DNA of 64,000 nucleotides from Candidatus Latescibacterota bacterium (GCA_965223905.1 CBDCXV010000011.1:1120001-1184000), one strand, 5' to 3'; shown: positions 40,196 through 50,048, counted from the stretch's first letter. Translations and numbers: made by a program. The notes: generated by a model from the sequence alone, not told the origin.

Positions 40196-42103
40196 ACGGA
40201 GTCGTTTTTCTCCGTAATCTTATCCCAAAGGTCTGTGTCTTGATTGAGCTTACCCTCGCTGCCGGAGAAGTTAAATCCGCCGATTCCATTCACGTCCGCG
40301 TCATCTGCTGTGTCGAATGAAGCTGCGAATATACACTTGTTAATGGCGGTTGAAATAGGATGGTCTGGAGCCCACCACCATAATATGACGAGCGTCTTTT
40401 TCGTATCTCCAGCAAGGCGCTTCATTTCCGCAGCACAGTCGGTAATGCGCTTCTGGTTTGTCCCTGTATTGTCTTTGACGAAGGGGTCTGAGGATATAAT
40501 GTCGCACCCCTTGGAGAATTCTTCCAGAAAGATCGGGTGCATAATGTTCAGGGAGCAGGGCTTTGCCGAAGTCTTGCCCTTGTAGTCATACAGCCCGTCG
40601 TATAGGTCCTTGAGGGATGTTACGGGAGTAACTATTTGCCCCCCTGGAACGAATTCGGCTCCCGGTCCCGAGTCTGGTTCATCTTTCAGACCCCAAAACA
40701 GAACTCTCGAATCGTTAGGGTGATTTCCTGTAGGCTCGTTAAACCAATCTCTAATAGTTCCTGTTTTCGAATACAGGGCTCCGAATGCCTTTGTATCGTC
40801 GTCGTCAATGATGCTCAAGGTAGTTTCTATGTCAGTCTGAATGACATTGAAGTGTGCAGCCTTAAGGATCGGAGAGTTTACCGCATTGCCGTTGCCGTTG
40901 TCGTAGGCAACCAGCATCATATCAGGCCAGTCGTCTCCGTAGTCGGGGGCCGGGACAAAATAGACATTATCAACCCTGTCGGTGCTGTCCGCGAGAAGAT
41001 TGTCGTTTATGTCCAGTAATTGCGCCTGGACATTGTCTCCAGATATACTTTTCCTGGTCGGTGAGGCTGCAACGCTTATCGATGCGATGTAGTTGGGAGC
41101 TGTCGCATAGGAGACGGTATTGTTGACGTTTACCTTGAGCTTCCCGTCTAAAGGAGTTCCAGCCTGTCCTCGCGGCACCGTCAGGTATGCCCGGTAGGTC
41201 TGTCGGTTAGGTGGAGCACCACTTTTCGATGTATACAAAACCGGATCGAACTCCCGGTGGACAATCGGGTAAATCAGCCGGTCGGGACTGTTGGCAAAAT
41301 ACGGTGGAACATTGCGGCTGAAGCGTATCCAAGTATTACCGGAAGGCTGTTCGCCTGATCGAGTGGGGCTGGTAAGCTTGAATTTGTATATCCCTCCAGG
41401 GACAGAAGTCGGCAAGGCATCGGTGGGCAGTCCCCCCTGTATCAAAATAGGGATTCTGGTCTCCAGTCGCGGCTCCCCCGTATGTCTCAAGGGTAAATAG
41501 AGAGGTGTCGCTGCCGTCCTTGTATATGTCCAGCTTGGCTTGTTCGCCGCCCTTTTCCGATTGCAAGCGGACACGAACCGTCTCTCCTGTCGGTAGCTTG
41601 GGGATAAAGAAATACTGCTCTACCGTGCCAAGGTCGGAACTCGACCTACCGAACATATACCAGTTGAATCGCGGCTCCCAACATTCCATTGCATACCAGG
41701 AGATGTTTTTGAATTCCACCGTGTAATAGGTGTTGTTGCTGGTCGGCTCCACCCGTAGTCGATACAGCCCTTGTGGTCTGCTGTTGGGTATGTCCAGGGT
41801 AACGGTCTTCACGTCCCTTTAGTCCGGAAGGACCACGGAGCCGGATTCCGGGTTGCTGCCAGGGTCATCAAGGAGGTTATCGCACTGGTATAGGCTCGCT
41901 TTGAGGCCGTGAGAGTTCCCTTGGTCGTCCGCGTTGGTGACTGTGACATTCACCTGTCGTCCCGGAACAACCGGGACATCTACCCACAACAGGAAGTCTT
42001 TCCAGCCGCGATACGCAGTTTCAGTGTCGTTCACGACGCTACCACCGCTGTCGTTAGCTACGAGGTAGGTGCTACCAAGCTGCTTGAGTGCCATTTCCTT
42101 CAT
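40192..42103 (-). pseudogene. About 637-codon unknown protein with GH-A-like TIM-barrel C-terminus, split by a stop and a frameshift
   Basis: In-frame TAA at 41819-41821; C6 at 41432-41437; FWGLKDEP, DIISSDPF; ATGA overlap with the TolB-like gene. Confidence 0.6.
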
Positions 42104-42260
42104 CTCCTGGAATTTCTGTGATGAAGGGATTCATATCCGGGATATGGTACGCAATGAACAATCGCAAATCAAGCTATTTGTCGGTGAACATCATCGGCTT
42201 GTCCCTAACCCATTATGCCACAAGGAGATAGATCAACCACTAAAAAAAGGAGCACAGAAA

Positions 42261-42476
42261 ATGACGCAAGACCAATTAAAAAAAGCCCGCGATGCCATCG
42301 GCATGTATCAATGGGAGCTGGGGATCGCCCTCGGCGTCAGTGAGGCTGAAATCTGCCTGTGGGAGAAGGGCAAACGAACCATGCCGGAAAGGTATCTCCG
42401 GCTCATGGGGGCGGTCATTCACCACCAGGAAAGAGGATTGCGTATGAAGAACCTATCTCAAAATAGGCAAACTTAA
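42261..42476 (+). CDS. HTH-XRE transcriptional regulator
   Basis: LKKAR...QWELGIALGVSEAEICLWEKGKR; AAGGAG RBS. Confidence 0.8.
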   Translation: MTQDQLKKARDAIGMYQWELGIALGVSEAEICLWEKGKRTMPERYLRLMGAVIHHQERGLRMKNLSQNRQT

Positions 42477-42504
42477 ACTTGTTTTCGAAATGACAGTGAT
42501 GTAC

Positions 42505-43887
42505 CTGGACTTTTGCAAAAGGCAGAATTCCTGGGATAATCGGTCAAGGATAGAGGGTAGCGCCAATTCGATGGAACTTGGTATGTTTGGTAGAACGAAG
42601 GCATCCCCCGCTTTCGTTTCCCCTGGCCATGAGAGAGGTTGTTCATGCCAGGTATTGTTGACTTCCCACGGTGGTTGAAGAAGCGGTGGCAGAGTTCGGC
42701 GGCATCTTCGCCAACGCCCCGGAGCGCCGGCATTTTGGCGAATACCTGACCGGGCTTCTGGTGGCCGAACGCAAACATGTATCGGCGATCAACGCCGAGT
42801 TCGTCGAGACCACCGATCAATCCTGCCTGAACCGCTGGATTACGCAGGTGCGATGGGACGGGAAATGGCTCAACGAACACCGCCTGGAATGGTTGCAGGA
42901 CCCCCCCTCGACGCGCTATTCGGCGCGCGGGGTGATCGCCATCGACAACACCTTGGTCGGCCACAGCGGAGACAAGATCGAGGACGTGGGTTGGTTTTGG
43001 GATCACTCCGACCAGCGCCATAGGATTGCCCACGACTACGTCATCGCCAACTACGTGGTGCACCTCGGGGAAATACTATCCGTTGGAATTCCGTCGCTTT
43101 CGCAAGCGCCAGGAAGGGGAGACGGGCGCGTCCTTCAAGAGCCATACCGAGCTGTTCAAAGAGCTGGTGGACGGGGTCGTTTTCCGACAGATCCCGGGCG
43201 ATTTCGCCTTCGACTGCTACTTCAGCAGTGTCGAGTGTCTCGATCACATCCATAGTCATGGGCGCGGCTACGTAGGGGCCCTGAAGAGCAACCGCAAGGT
43301 CGAGTTCAAGGGCGGCCTGATGAAGGCCGCGGAAGTGGCTGCGAATATCCCACCCGAGGATCGCAAACAGGTCAGCATCGGCAAGCGCAAACAATGGTAT
43401 TTCACCAAGACCGTGCGCCTGCCCAAGCTCGATCACCGCGTTCGTTTGCTGATCCTGTGGGATCGCAAGAACGGCAGGGAAGCGGTCAAGTTTCTACTGA
43501 CCAATCGCGTGCACTGGGAGATCAGTCGTATTCTGAACGTCTATCGCAAACGCTGGACGGGCACCGAGACTTTTCATCGGGACGGCAAGCACCATCTGGG
43601 CATGGGAGACGGTCAGTTACGCAGCGGCGAGGGCCAGACCCGGCATAGGTACCTCGTGATGCTGACGCACAGTCTGCTCATGGCACGGAGGCGGCAGGGC
43701 CGTGCGCGTGACTGGGCTCATACCGTGCTAACGACCATTGGCGAGGCCTGTCGAGCCGTGTCGCGAGAGACGCTCAGCAAAACCATCTCCTGGGCGGTCG
43801 AACAGGCCACAACAGTAGGGTGGACGCAGGAGAGAATCGTCACACACCTAAAACTTGTGTAAAAAAGCGGAGTTTGCAAAAGTCCAG
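42505..43887 (+). mobile_element. IS701-like element, copy 2 (1,383 bp, frameshifted transposase)
   Basis: Same terminal inverted repeats; -1 indel near 42663 and +1 near 43057 relative to copy 1. Confidence 0.88.
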
Positions 43888-44014
43888 TTACAACACCAGT
43901 TTCGATATCTACAGTGATTTCGTATTCGCCATAGGCCGCATGAAAATGAGCCGGTGGGTGATCGCGGATATACATGCGGATCACTATCCCAAGAAATCGA
44001 CTTATTTCAGGCAT
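43888..44014 (-). pseudogene. DUF4160 toxin, N-terminal half
   Basis: MPEISRFLGIVIRMYIRDHPPAHFHAAYGE. Confidence 0.9.
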
Positions 44015-44116
44015 GATCCGAACTGTCCGGCTACCATTCTTTTCTCAAGAATACGGGCCGCAATTTCGCTTCGGAATGGTCTTCAGGCCCGGTCGATCAA
44101 AGTACTCGAACTCAGC

Positions 44117-44146
44117 ATCTTAACTGAAGTTCCAGGCATTTGTCAA
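44117..44146 (-). promoter_or_regulatory. Sigma70-like promoter candidate for DUF4160-DUF2442
   Basis: TTGACA-N18-TAAGAT on the minus strand. Confidence 0.45.
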
Positions 44147-44299
44147 TCGATCTCTCGGGGGTGGGAAGGTCTGCTTTGAGGTTGGAATTGGCGATGGCGA
44201 GCCAGGAGGCGCGCAGATCAGGGATCAGGTGGCAATACCGTCAGGCTTGGTCCAGGCCAGCCCGATCCCCATTGGAAGGGAATCCTCCCCTCGGTCCCC

Positions 44300-45565
44300 T
44301 TATGCCGGCTGCGCCGCCGCCGTCTTCAGCTCCTCGTTGCGGGCGGGGTGGAAGTAGATCGCGAAGAGCACGGTCCCCGCGATGCTGGCGGCCGCGGCAA
44401 TCGCGAACAGGGTCCCGTATCCGGATGCGGCGATCACCTGCCCGCCGAAGCTGCCGGTCAGCATGAAGGAGCACCCCATGGCCATCGAGCTCACCGCGGC
44501 CATCCCCGGCCGCCAGCGCGGCTCCACGATTTCCTGCTGAAAGACCGTCAGGGTGGGCAGCCGGATCGCCGACAGCGAATGCACGAAGAAGAGGGTGCAG
44601 GCCGCGGCAGCCCAGTTACCCGACAGCATGACCGGGAGCAGGGCGGCCGCCTGCAGCAGCGAGGTGGCGATAATGGTTGCCCGCTGACCCCGGGAGGCGA
44701 CTATCAGCGGCGTCGACAGGGCCGCCAGCCCGCTCACCAGCATGGCGGTCGCGGCGACGGCTCCTATCAACGCCGTCGGCTCTCCGAGGAAGTCGTCCAT
44801 GTAGACGTTGAAGAAGGTCTGCTGGGTCGCCATGGAGATGGCGCAGAGGAAGCCGGCCCCCGCCACCGCGGCCATGGGACCGCGGGGACGCGGCGACTCC
44901 CCATCGGAACCGCCGACCGCGAGGCTGCCCGGTGTCGGCTTTGTGGCGGCGACGGCGAGGGCGGCCGGGACGATCATCACCGCGGCGAGGAACAGCGGGT
45001 ACCGGTACGGGGCCGGGCCGTCGAGGGAGGCCCCCATCAGGGCCGCGAAGGTTCCGGGCAGCACCCCTCCGACGAGGTTGCCGGCGAACCCGGCGATCGG
45101 CCACATCGCCGCCTGCACCGCGAACACGTGGATGCGCTCGACCCGCGTCGTGATCGAGAGCAGGAAGGGACCGGCGTTGACGATGGAGAGAGCGAACCCG
45201 AAGGCGCGCGGCAGGCGGGCGACTATCAGCCAGTCGGCCTGCCATGCGCGCGGCACGAACTCGGCGAAGGGCAGCATGGCGTTGCCGACGGCGACGAGCG
45301 CGAGTCCGAGGACGATCATCCGGCGCGCCCCCCAGCGTCTGCCCATCGCCCCTGCCGGAATGCAGAACAGGGCGTAGGAGGCCGCGCCGGCGGCGTTGAC
45401 GAAGCCGACGAACCCGATGTCGTGCCCGAGGCGCAGCAGGTAGATGTTGAGAAGCAGGCTGTAGATGCCGCTGGAGGAGGCGAACCCCACCAGGGCTCCG
45501 CTCAGCAGGTAGAGGCGTACGTCGCGGTTGAAGGAGCGGACGATCTGAAGGTATTCGTGCAGCAA
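44300..45565 (-). CDS. MFS transporter
   Basis: About 12 hydrophobic segments; GAMGRRWGARR motif A. Confidence 0.85.
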   Translation of the reverse strand: MLHEYLQIVRSFNRDVRLYLLSGALVGFASSSGIYSLLLNIYLLRLGHDIGFVGFVNAAGAASYALFCIPAGAMGRRWGARRMIVLGLALVAVGNAMLPFAEFVPRAWQADWLIVARLPRAFGFALSIVNAGPFLLSITTRVERIHVFAVQAAMWPIAGFAGNLVGGVLPGTFAALMGASLDGPAPYRYPLFLAAVMIVPAALAVAATKPTPGSLAVGGSDGESPRPRGPMAAVAGAGFLCAISMATQQTFFNVYMDDFLGEPTALIGAVAATAMLVSGLAALSTPLIVASRGQRATIIATSLLQAAALLPVMLSGNWAAAACTLFFVHSLSAIRLPTLTVFQQEIVEPRWRPGMAAVSSMAMGCSFMLTGSFGGQVIAASGYGTLFAIAAAASIAGTVLFAIYFHPARNEELKTAAAQPA

Positions 45566-45757
45566 TCAGGGCCCCGACTGAGAAGTGGACTGCCGGCACT
45601 CCCCCTTGGCGGCCCGTTGAACAAGTCCACCTGGGCTGCGGCCGGCTCGCCAGGTGCCGCCGGAAGGGATGGCTCCGCGGAAATTGCCAGGGGTTGAAGC
45701 CGGACACCGGAGCGCGGGCCGGGCCGCGCTGTTCCGGCCTCGCGGCTGTCGGCCGCC

Positions 45758-46615
45758 CTATCCCCCGAAGGTGGAGCTCTTCAGGACCGTCTGGGTTTCG
45801 TAGATCGAACCGGGCCGCAGGGCGGCGGGCAGGGGCATGCGCCAGGGCACCTTTTCCATGCGCGGCTCGACAGTGGGCTCGCCGCGCACGTAGGAGGCGC
45901 AGTAGAGATCCCAGTCGAGCTGCTGGCAGAGGGGCCACGCGTCGCCGGCGCAGTACTGAAGCAGCAGCAGGCGCCGGGGGTTCGCCGAGGAGTTCGGCAG
46001 CGAAGCGTGCAGGGTGCGCACGTGGTGGAGGGAGATGCCGCCGGCCTCCACCTCGATCAGCTCGGCTTTGGAATCGTCGAAGCCGGCCTCGGTGACGGCG
46101 CCGGCGAAGCAGCCGTCCTGGTGGTGGTCCCAGATCTTCCCCTTGTGGGAGCCGGGGACGACCATCAGGCAGCCGTTCTGCTCGGTCATTTCGTCGATCG
46201 CGACGCCGACGGCGAGCAGGTCGTCGTTGGTATGCGGGTAGAAGGCCCAGTCCTGGTGCCAGTGGACGGGGCTGCCGAACTCCCCGGACTTCATGTTGAG
46301 CTTGTCGCCGTTGGTGCGCATCGCGTCCCCCCCGATCAGCTGCGCGACGATGTCGAGGATGCGGTCGTTGCGCAGGGCCGCGGCGTAGGCCGGATGCGCC
46401 TTCACCGGGCTCTTGATGCGGCGCAGCTTGGGCATCTCCGGGGTGTGATCCGGCTCCAGGTCGAAGACCCCGTCGTGCTCGCTCACCTCCCGCGACTTCT
46501 CGACGAACTCCTCGGTGACCCGGCGCAGCTCGGCGACTTCGGCCGGGGTCAGGACCCCGTCAACGCTGCAGTATCCCTTTTCGTGGTACGCTTCGATTTC
46601 CTGTCGAGACAGCAT
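45758..46615 (-). CDS. PhyH family Fe(II)/2OG oxygenase
   Basis: WHQDWAFYPHTN, NGCL..PGSH, TLHAS..N..R. Confidence 0.9.
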   Translation of the reverse strand: MLSRQEIEAYHEKGYCSVDGVLTPAEVAELRRVTEEFVEKSREVSEHDGVFDLEPDHTPEMPKLRRIKSPVKAHPAYAAALRNDRILDIVAQLIGGDAMRTNGDKLNMKSGEFGSPVHWHQDWAFYPHTNDDLLAVGVAIDEMTEQNGCLMVVPGSHKGKIWDHHQDGCFAGAVTEAGFDDSKAELIEVEAGGISLHHVRTLHASLPNSSANPRRLLLLQYCAGDAWPLCQQLDWDLYCASYVRGEPTVEPRMEKVPWRMPLPAALRPGSIYETQTVLKSSTFGG

Positions 46616-46624
46616 CTCTTCTTC

Positions 46625-47368
46625 CTATTTGAGCTTGACGATTTCGCGCTGCGCGGCGCTCAGACGAGCGTCGAGGCCGGCGCTGAAGCGCAGCCCCTGG
46701 CCGCCCCAGTCGGGCATGTAACCTGTGCTGTAACAATAATAAAGGGTCCGTCTCGGACGGCGGGAAGTGTTGACCGTTGAACCGTGCGTGAGGGCTTCGG
46801 TGAAGATGATCGCGTCCCCCGCCCTCGCCGGGAGCGGCACCAGGGAGGGATCCTCCTCCGGGTGCGGGCCCCAGGGGCGCGGGAAGTTCGCCTTGTGGGT
46901 GCCCGGCACCACGGCGAAGCAGCCGTCCTCCGGGCCGCAATCGACGGTCGGGAACACCGCCTTGGTCAGCGTCGACATCATCTGCCCGTTGTGGCAGCGG
47001 TACTGGCACTTCGGATGGATCGGCGTGCCGTGCATGTGCATGTGCGTGTACCCGCCTCCCCAGCGATAGATCGCGTAGGTGTGGTTGAGGCGCCAGGGCC
47101 CGCCGGTGACGGTCTCGACCACGTCGAGGACCTCGGGAAGCTCCATCAGCGGCTGCATCGCCGCGTCGGCTTCCATGATGTTGGAGATGTAGAGCTCCCG
47201 CTCGGTCTTTTCGGTACCGAGGACCAGCGGCTCGGGGTACTCCCGCGGATCCATCCCCTCGAAGCGGTCGAGCACCCCGTTGCAGGCCGCCACGAGGTCG
47301 GGCGGGACCACCTGCTCGAGCAGGATGTAGCCGTTGAGATCGAACAGGTAGGTCTGCTCCGCGTTCAT
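46625..47368 (-). CDS. PhyH-like oxygenase with non-canonical iron motif
   Basis: YLFDLNGY, DGCFAVVPGTHK, FTEALTHG; HMHMHG in place of HxD. Confidence 0.8.
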   Translation of the reverse strand: MNAEQTYLFDLNGYILLEQVVPPDLVAACNGVLDRFEGMDPREYPEPLVLGTEKTERELYISNIMEADAAMQPLMELPEVLDVVETVTGGPWRLNHTYAIYRWGGGYTHMHMHGTPIHPKCQYRCHNGQMMSTLTKAVFPTVDCGPEDGCFAVVPGTHKANFPRPWGPHPEEDPSLVPLPARAGDAIIFTEALTHGSTVNTSRRPRRTLYYCYSTGYMPDWGGQGLRFSAGLDARLSAAQREIVKLK

Positions 47369-47399
47369 TGCCGACTCCCGACTATTCTCTGGTGAAACC

Positions 47400-48749
47400 T
47401 CATCCCTCGCTCTCCAGCGCCAAGTCCCGCTCCAGGCCCGCGCCCCAGGCGAGCAGCTCCTCGTCGCCGCCCACGGGGGCGATGAACTGAATCCCCAGGG
47501 GCATTCCCGAGGCCGAAGACTCGCCCGCGGGCAGCCCCAGCACCGGCATTCCCGCGTGGGTCCAGGGCAGGTTCATGCTCGGGTCCCCGGTGGTCGCCAG
47601 TCCTTTCGGAGCCGGGCCGGTGGCTGCCGGACAGGCCCAGAGGTCGATGCCTTCCGCGGCCATCTGGGATTCGAGCTCCTGGCGCAGCTCGCCGCGGCCG
47701 CGGCGGGCTGCTTCGACCGCGGCCCGCGACACGCCGCGGCCCTGCTCGACCAGAGCCGCGGTGCCCTCGTCGTAGAGGCCGGCGTACTCGTCGAACCAGG
47801 GCTCGTGGACCCGTGCCATCTCGGCGACCATCATCTGCCGGTGGCGGTAGTCGATCTCCTCGATGTCCTCGAACGCCGGGGCTTCGACGACCTCGTACCC
47901 GGCGCTTCGCAGGACCTCCAGCTGGTTTTCGAAATCCTCCCGGGCAGCCGGCTCGGTCTGGTCGAGATAGGGGCCCTCCGGCACCCCGAGGACCGGCCGG
48001 CCCGGGGCGGAAACCGCGGCCCGCCATTCGCCGCAGAGCACCGAAGCGGCCCGTCCCGCCGTGGCGACGTCCCGGGTGAAGGTGCCGATGGTGTCGACCG
48101 AAGGGGAGCAGTGGATGAATCCGGAGATGTCGATGCGGCCGTAGGTCGGCTTGAAGCCGGTGATCCCGCAGAACGCCGCCGGCCTGACGATGGAGCCGAT
48201 GGTCTGCGACCCGAACGCCAGCCGGCAGTACCCGGCGGCCACGGCCGCGGCCGAGCCGCTGCTCGAGCCTCCGGGACTGTGCCCGAGGTGGTGGGGATTG
48301 CGCGTCGCCGCCGGCTTGAAGCAGGCGAACTCGGTGGTCACCGCCTTGCCGAGAACCAGGGCGCCCGCGGCCCGCAGCGCCCGGATGCACCCGGCTTCGG
48401 GCCCGGCGAGCACCTCCGGGGGCAGCTGCGAGCCGGCGCGGGTCCCGAAGCCGTCGACGTGGATGATGTCCTTGACCGCGACCAGCATGCCGAACAGCGG
48501 CATGCCGGCGGCGGGCTCCGCCGGCAGCCGGCCCGCCTCCTCCAGCAGGCGGGAGCGGCGGTCCGCCTCGGGCAGCAGCGCCCGGATGTCGCCGTCGAGC
48601 GCCTCGATGCGGCGGCAGGCCTCATCTATCTCTTCCCTCAGGCCCGGCATTCCGCCCAAACTCGCCCTGTCCGTGCCCGGTTCTACGCGCCCGTTGGAGT
48701 ATCCCATCCCTCCTGCCTCCCTGTCATTGCCGCGGGTGTCCATGTCCAA
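47400..48749 (-). CDS. Amidase signature family protein
   Basis: VKD, GKAVTTEFA, PGGSSSGS, QTIGSIVRPAAFCG; start uncertain. Confidence 0.9.
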   Translation of the reverse strand: MDMDTRGNDREAGGMGYSNGRVEPGTDRASLGGMPGLREEIDEACRRIEALDGDIRALLPEADRRSRLLEEAGRLPAEPAAGMPLFGMLVAVKDIIHVDGFGTRAGSQLPPEVLAGPEAGCIRALRAAGALVLGKAVTTEFACFKPAATRNPHHLGHSPGGSSSGSAAAVAAGYCRLAFGSQTIGSIVRPAAFCGITGFKPTYGRIDISGFIHCSPSVDTIGTFTRDVATAGRAASVLCGEWRAAVSAPGRPVLGVPEGPYLDQTEPAAREDFENQLEVLRSAGYEVVEAPAFEDIEEIDYRHRQMMVAEMARVHEPWFDEYAGLYDEGTAALVEQGRGVSRAAVEAARRGRGELRQELESQMAAEGIDLWACPAATGPAPKGLATTGDPSMNLPWTHAGMPVLGLPAGESSASGMPLGIQFIAPVGGDEELLAWGAGLERDLALESEG

Positions 48750-49032
48750 AGGTCAGTGGGTCCATACATAGTCTCAGCCATGCGCTTCGCCCTGCACAGC
48801 TCGCAGAGCCAGGAAGCGGTATCGAATCGAAGCCGGTGCCACAATCCAAGCAGCGTCGAGATAGTTTGCCGCCGCCTTTGTATCAGGATTCCCAGAAATT
48901 GAGCAAAACCGATACGGCGCATATGAACACGAACAGTTCCAAAAGCCATTCAAAGCCGACACCGCTACCTGCCATTCAACAGCGATCCTGAAATCCTGGC
49001 CTATTTCCCGCTTTTGCCGCCAGCCCGCCCCA

Positions 49033-49950
49033 TTACTTCCGGGGGCGCTTCTTCGCCGCCTTCTTCGCCGCTTTTTTCGCCGCCTTTTTGGGCGGCTTCC
49101 ATTTGGCGAGGTGGCCCTGCCAGCTCTTCTCCAGCTCCCCCCTGATCGCCTTGACGTCGCGGAAGCGGTCGCCGAACACCGACAGGTGGTAGCCGCCGGG
49201 GATCTGCTCCGGGCAGACGAACAGCTCGCGGCCCGGGGTCGCCGCCTTCAGCCACAGCGCCAGCAGCTGGTCGGCGAACTCCATGCAGTCGATGAACTCC
49301 GGGGTCAGCTTGCCCCCCGGCCCGAGGGCGGGAATCATGGCGTGGTGCCCGTTGAAGGGGCGGAAGTGGATCTGGTTGGCGAGCTGCACGAGGTCGGGGC
49401 GCTCGATCAGGCGCTTGAAATAAGGGGGCGACAGGTGCTTGACGACGGCCGGGTGGGAGAAATCCCACGTCATCTTCAGCGGCCGCTTCTCCTCCTTCTC
49501 GAACCCCTCGGCCAGGGCGTAGGTCTTCTCCGGGGTTTCCGTGCAGGTGTCGCGGTGGACCTCGATCGAGACATCCATGTCGAGCTCGTCGGCGACCCGC
49601 ATGACCTCGCGGGCGCAGGCCACCGCCTCCGCGGTCCCGGTGTCGTGGTCGAGCATCTGCACGTTGACGACGCGGGCGTTGTACTTCCCAATCCGCTTGA
49701 GCTTGCGCTCGGCCTCCTGCGGCCCGCCCATGTCGGTGGTGCAGGCGAAGATGAGCCCGGACTCCTCGACCACCTCGGGCGGGAACATGATGACGCGCCC
49801 GAGGAAGCCGTCGAAGCCGGCGTTCCTGATGCGCTTCAGCTTCTGTGGAAACGTCCACTCCACCCCCTTGGTGCCGTACCCGAGCAGGGTGCCGACCGAG
49901 CACATGTGGCGCAGGACCGGGGGCTCGGCCTGCTGTTTCGATTTTGCCAT
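49033..49950 (-). CDS. Xylose isomerase-like TIM-barrel protein with Lys/Ala-rich tail
   Basis: SIEVHRD, WDFSH, HFR, VCPE; ends (KKAA)x3 KKRPRK. Confidence 0.75.
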   Translation of the reverse strand: MAKSKQQAEPPVLRHMCSVGTLLGYGTKGVEWTFPQKLKRIRNAGFDGFLGRVIMFPPEVVEESGLIFACTTDMGGPQEAERKLKRIGKYNARVVNVQMLDHDTGTAEAVACAREVMRVADELDMDVSIEVHRDTCTETPEKTYALAEGFEKEEKRPLKMTWDFSHPAVVKHLSPPYFKRLIERPDLVQLANQIHFRPFNGHHAMIPALGPGGKLTPEFIDCMEFADQLLALWLKAATPGRELFVCPEQIPGGYHLSVFGDRFRDVKAIRGELEKSWQGHLAKWKPPKKAAKKAAKKAAKKRPRK

Positions 49951-50048
49951 GGGATCTCCTTCCCTCTGTGAAACCGCCGTTGCACGGGAGCTTTGCCGGC
50001 AGGCCAAGATAGGCAGCGCGAGGGGTGGTTTCAACCGCCGGCGCCGCC

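Larger units (their letters stand above)
37918..43887. mobile_element. Composite transposon bounded by two IS701-like elements
   Basis: TTACAA at 37912-37917 and 43888-43893; removing the element and one copy rejoins the DUF4160 codons GGT GTT GTA ACC GGA. Confidence 0.88.

Noticed and set aside
41819-41821. Selenocysteine or pyrrolysine recoding in the cargo gene
   Set aside because: The in-frame stop is TAA, not TGA or TAG
42646-43862. Programmed frameshift in the IS copy 2 transposase
   Set aside because: Copy 1 is in frame at both positions and there is no slippery motif
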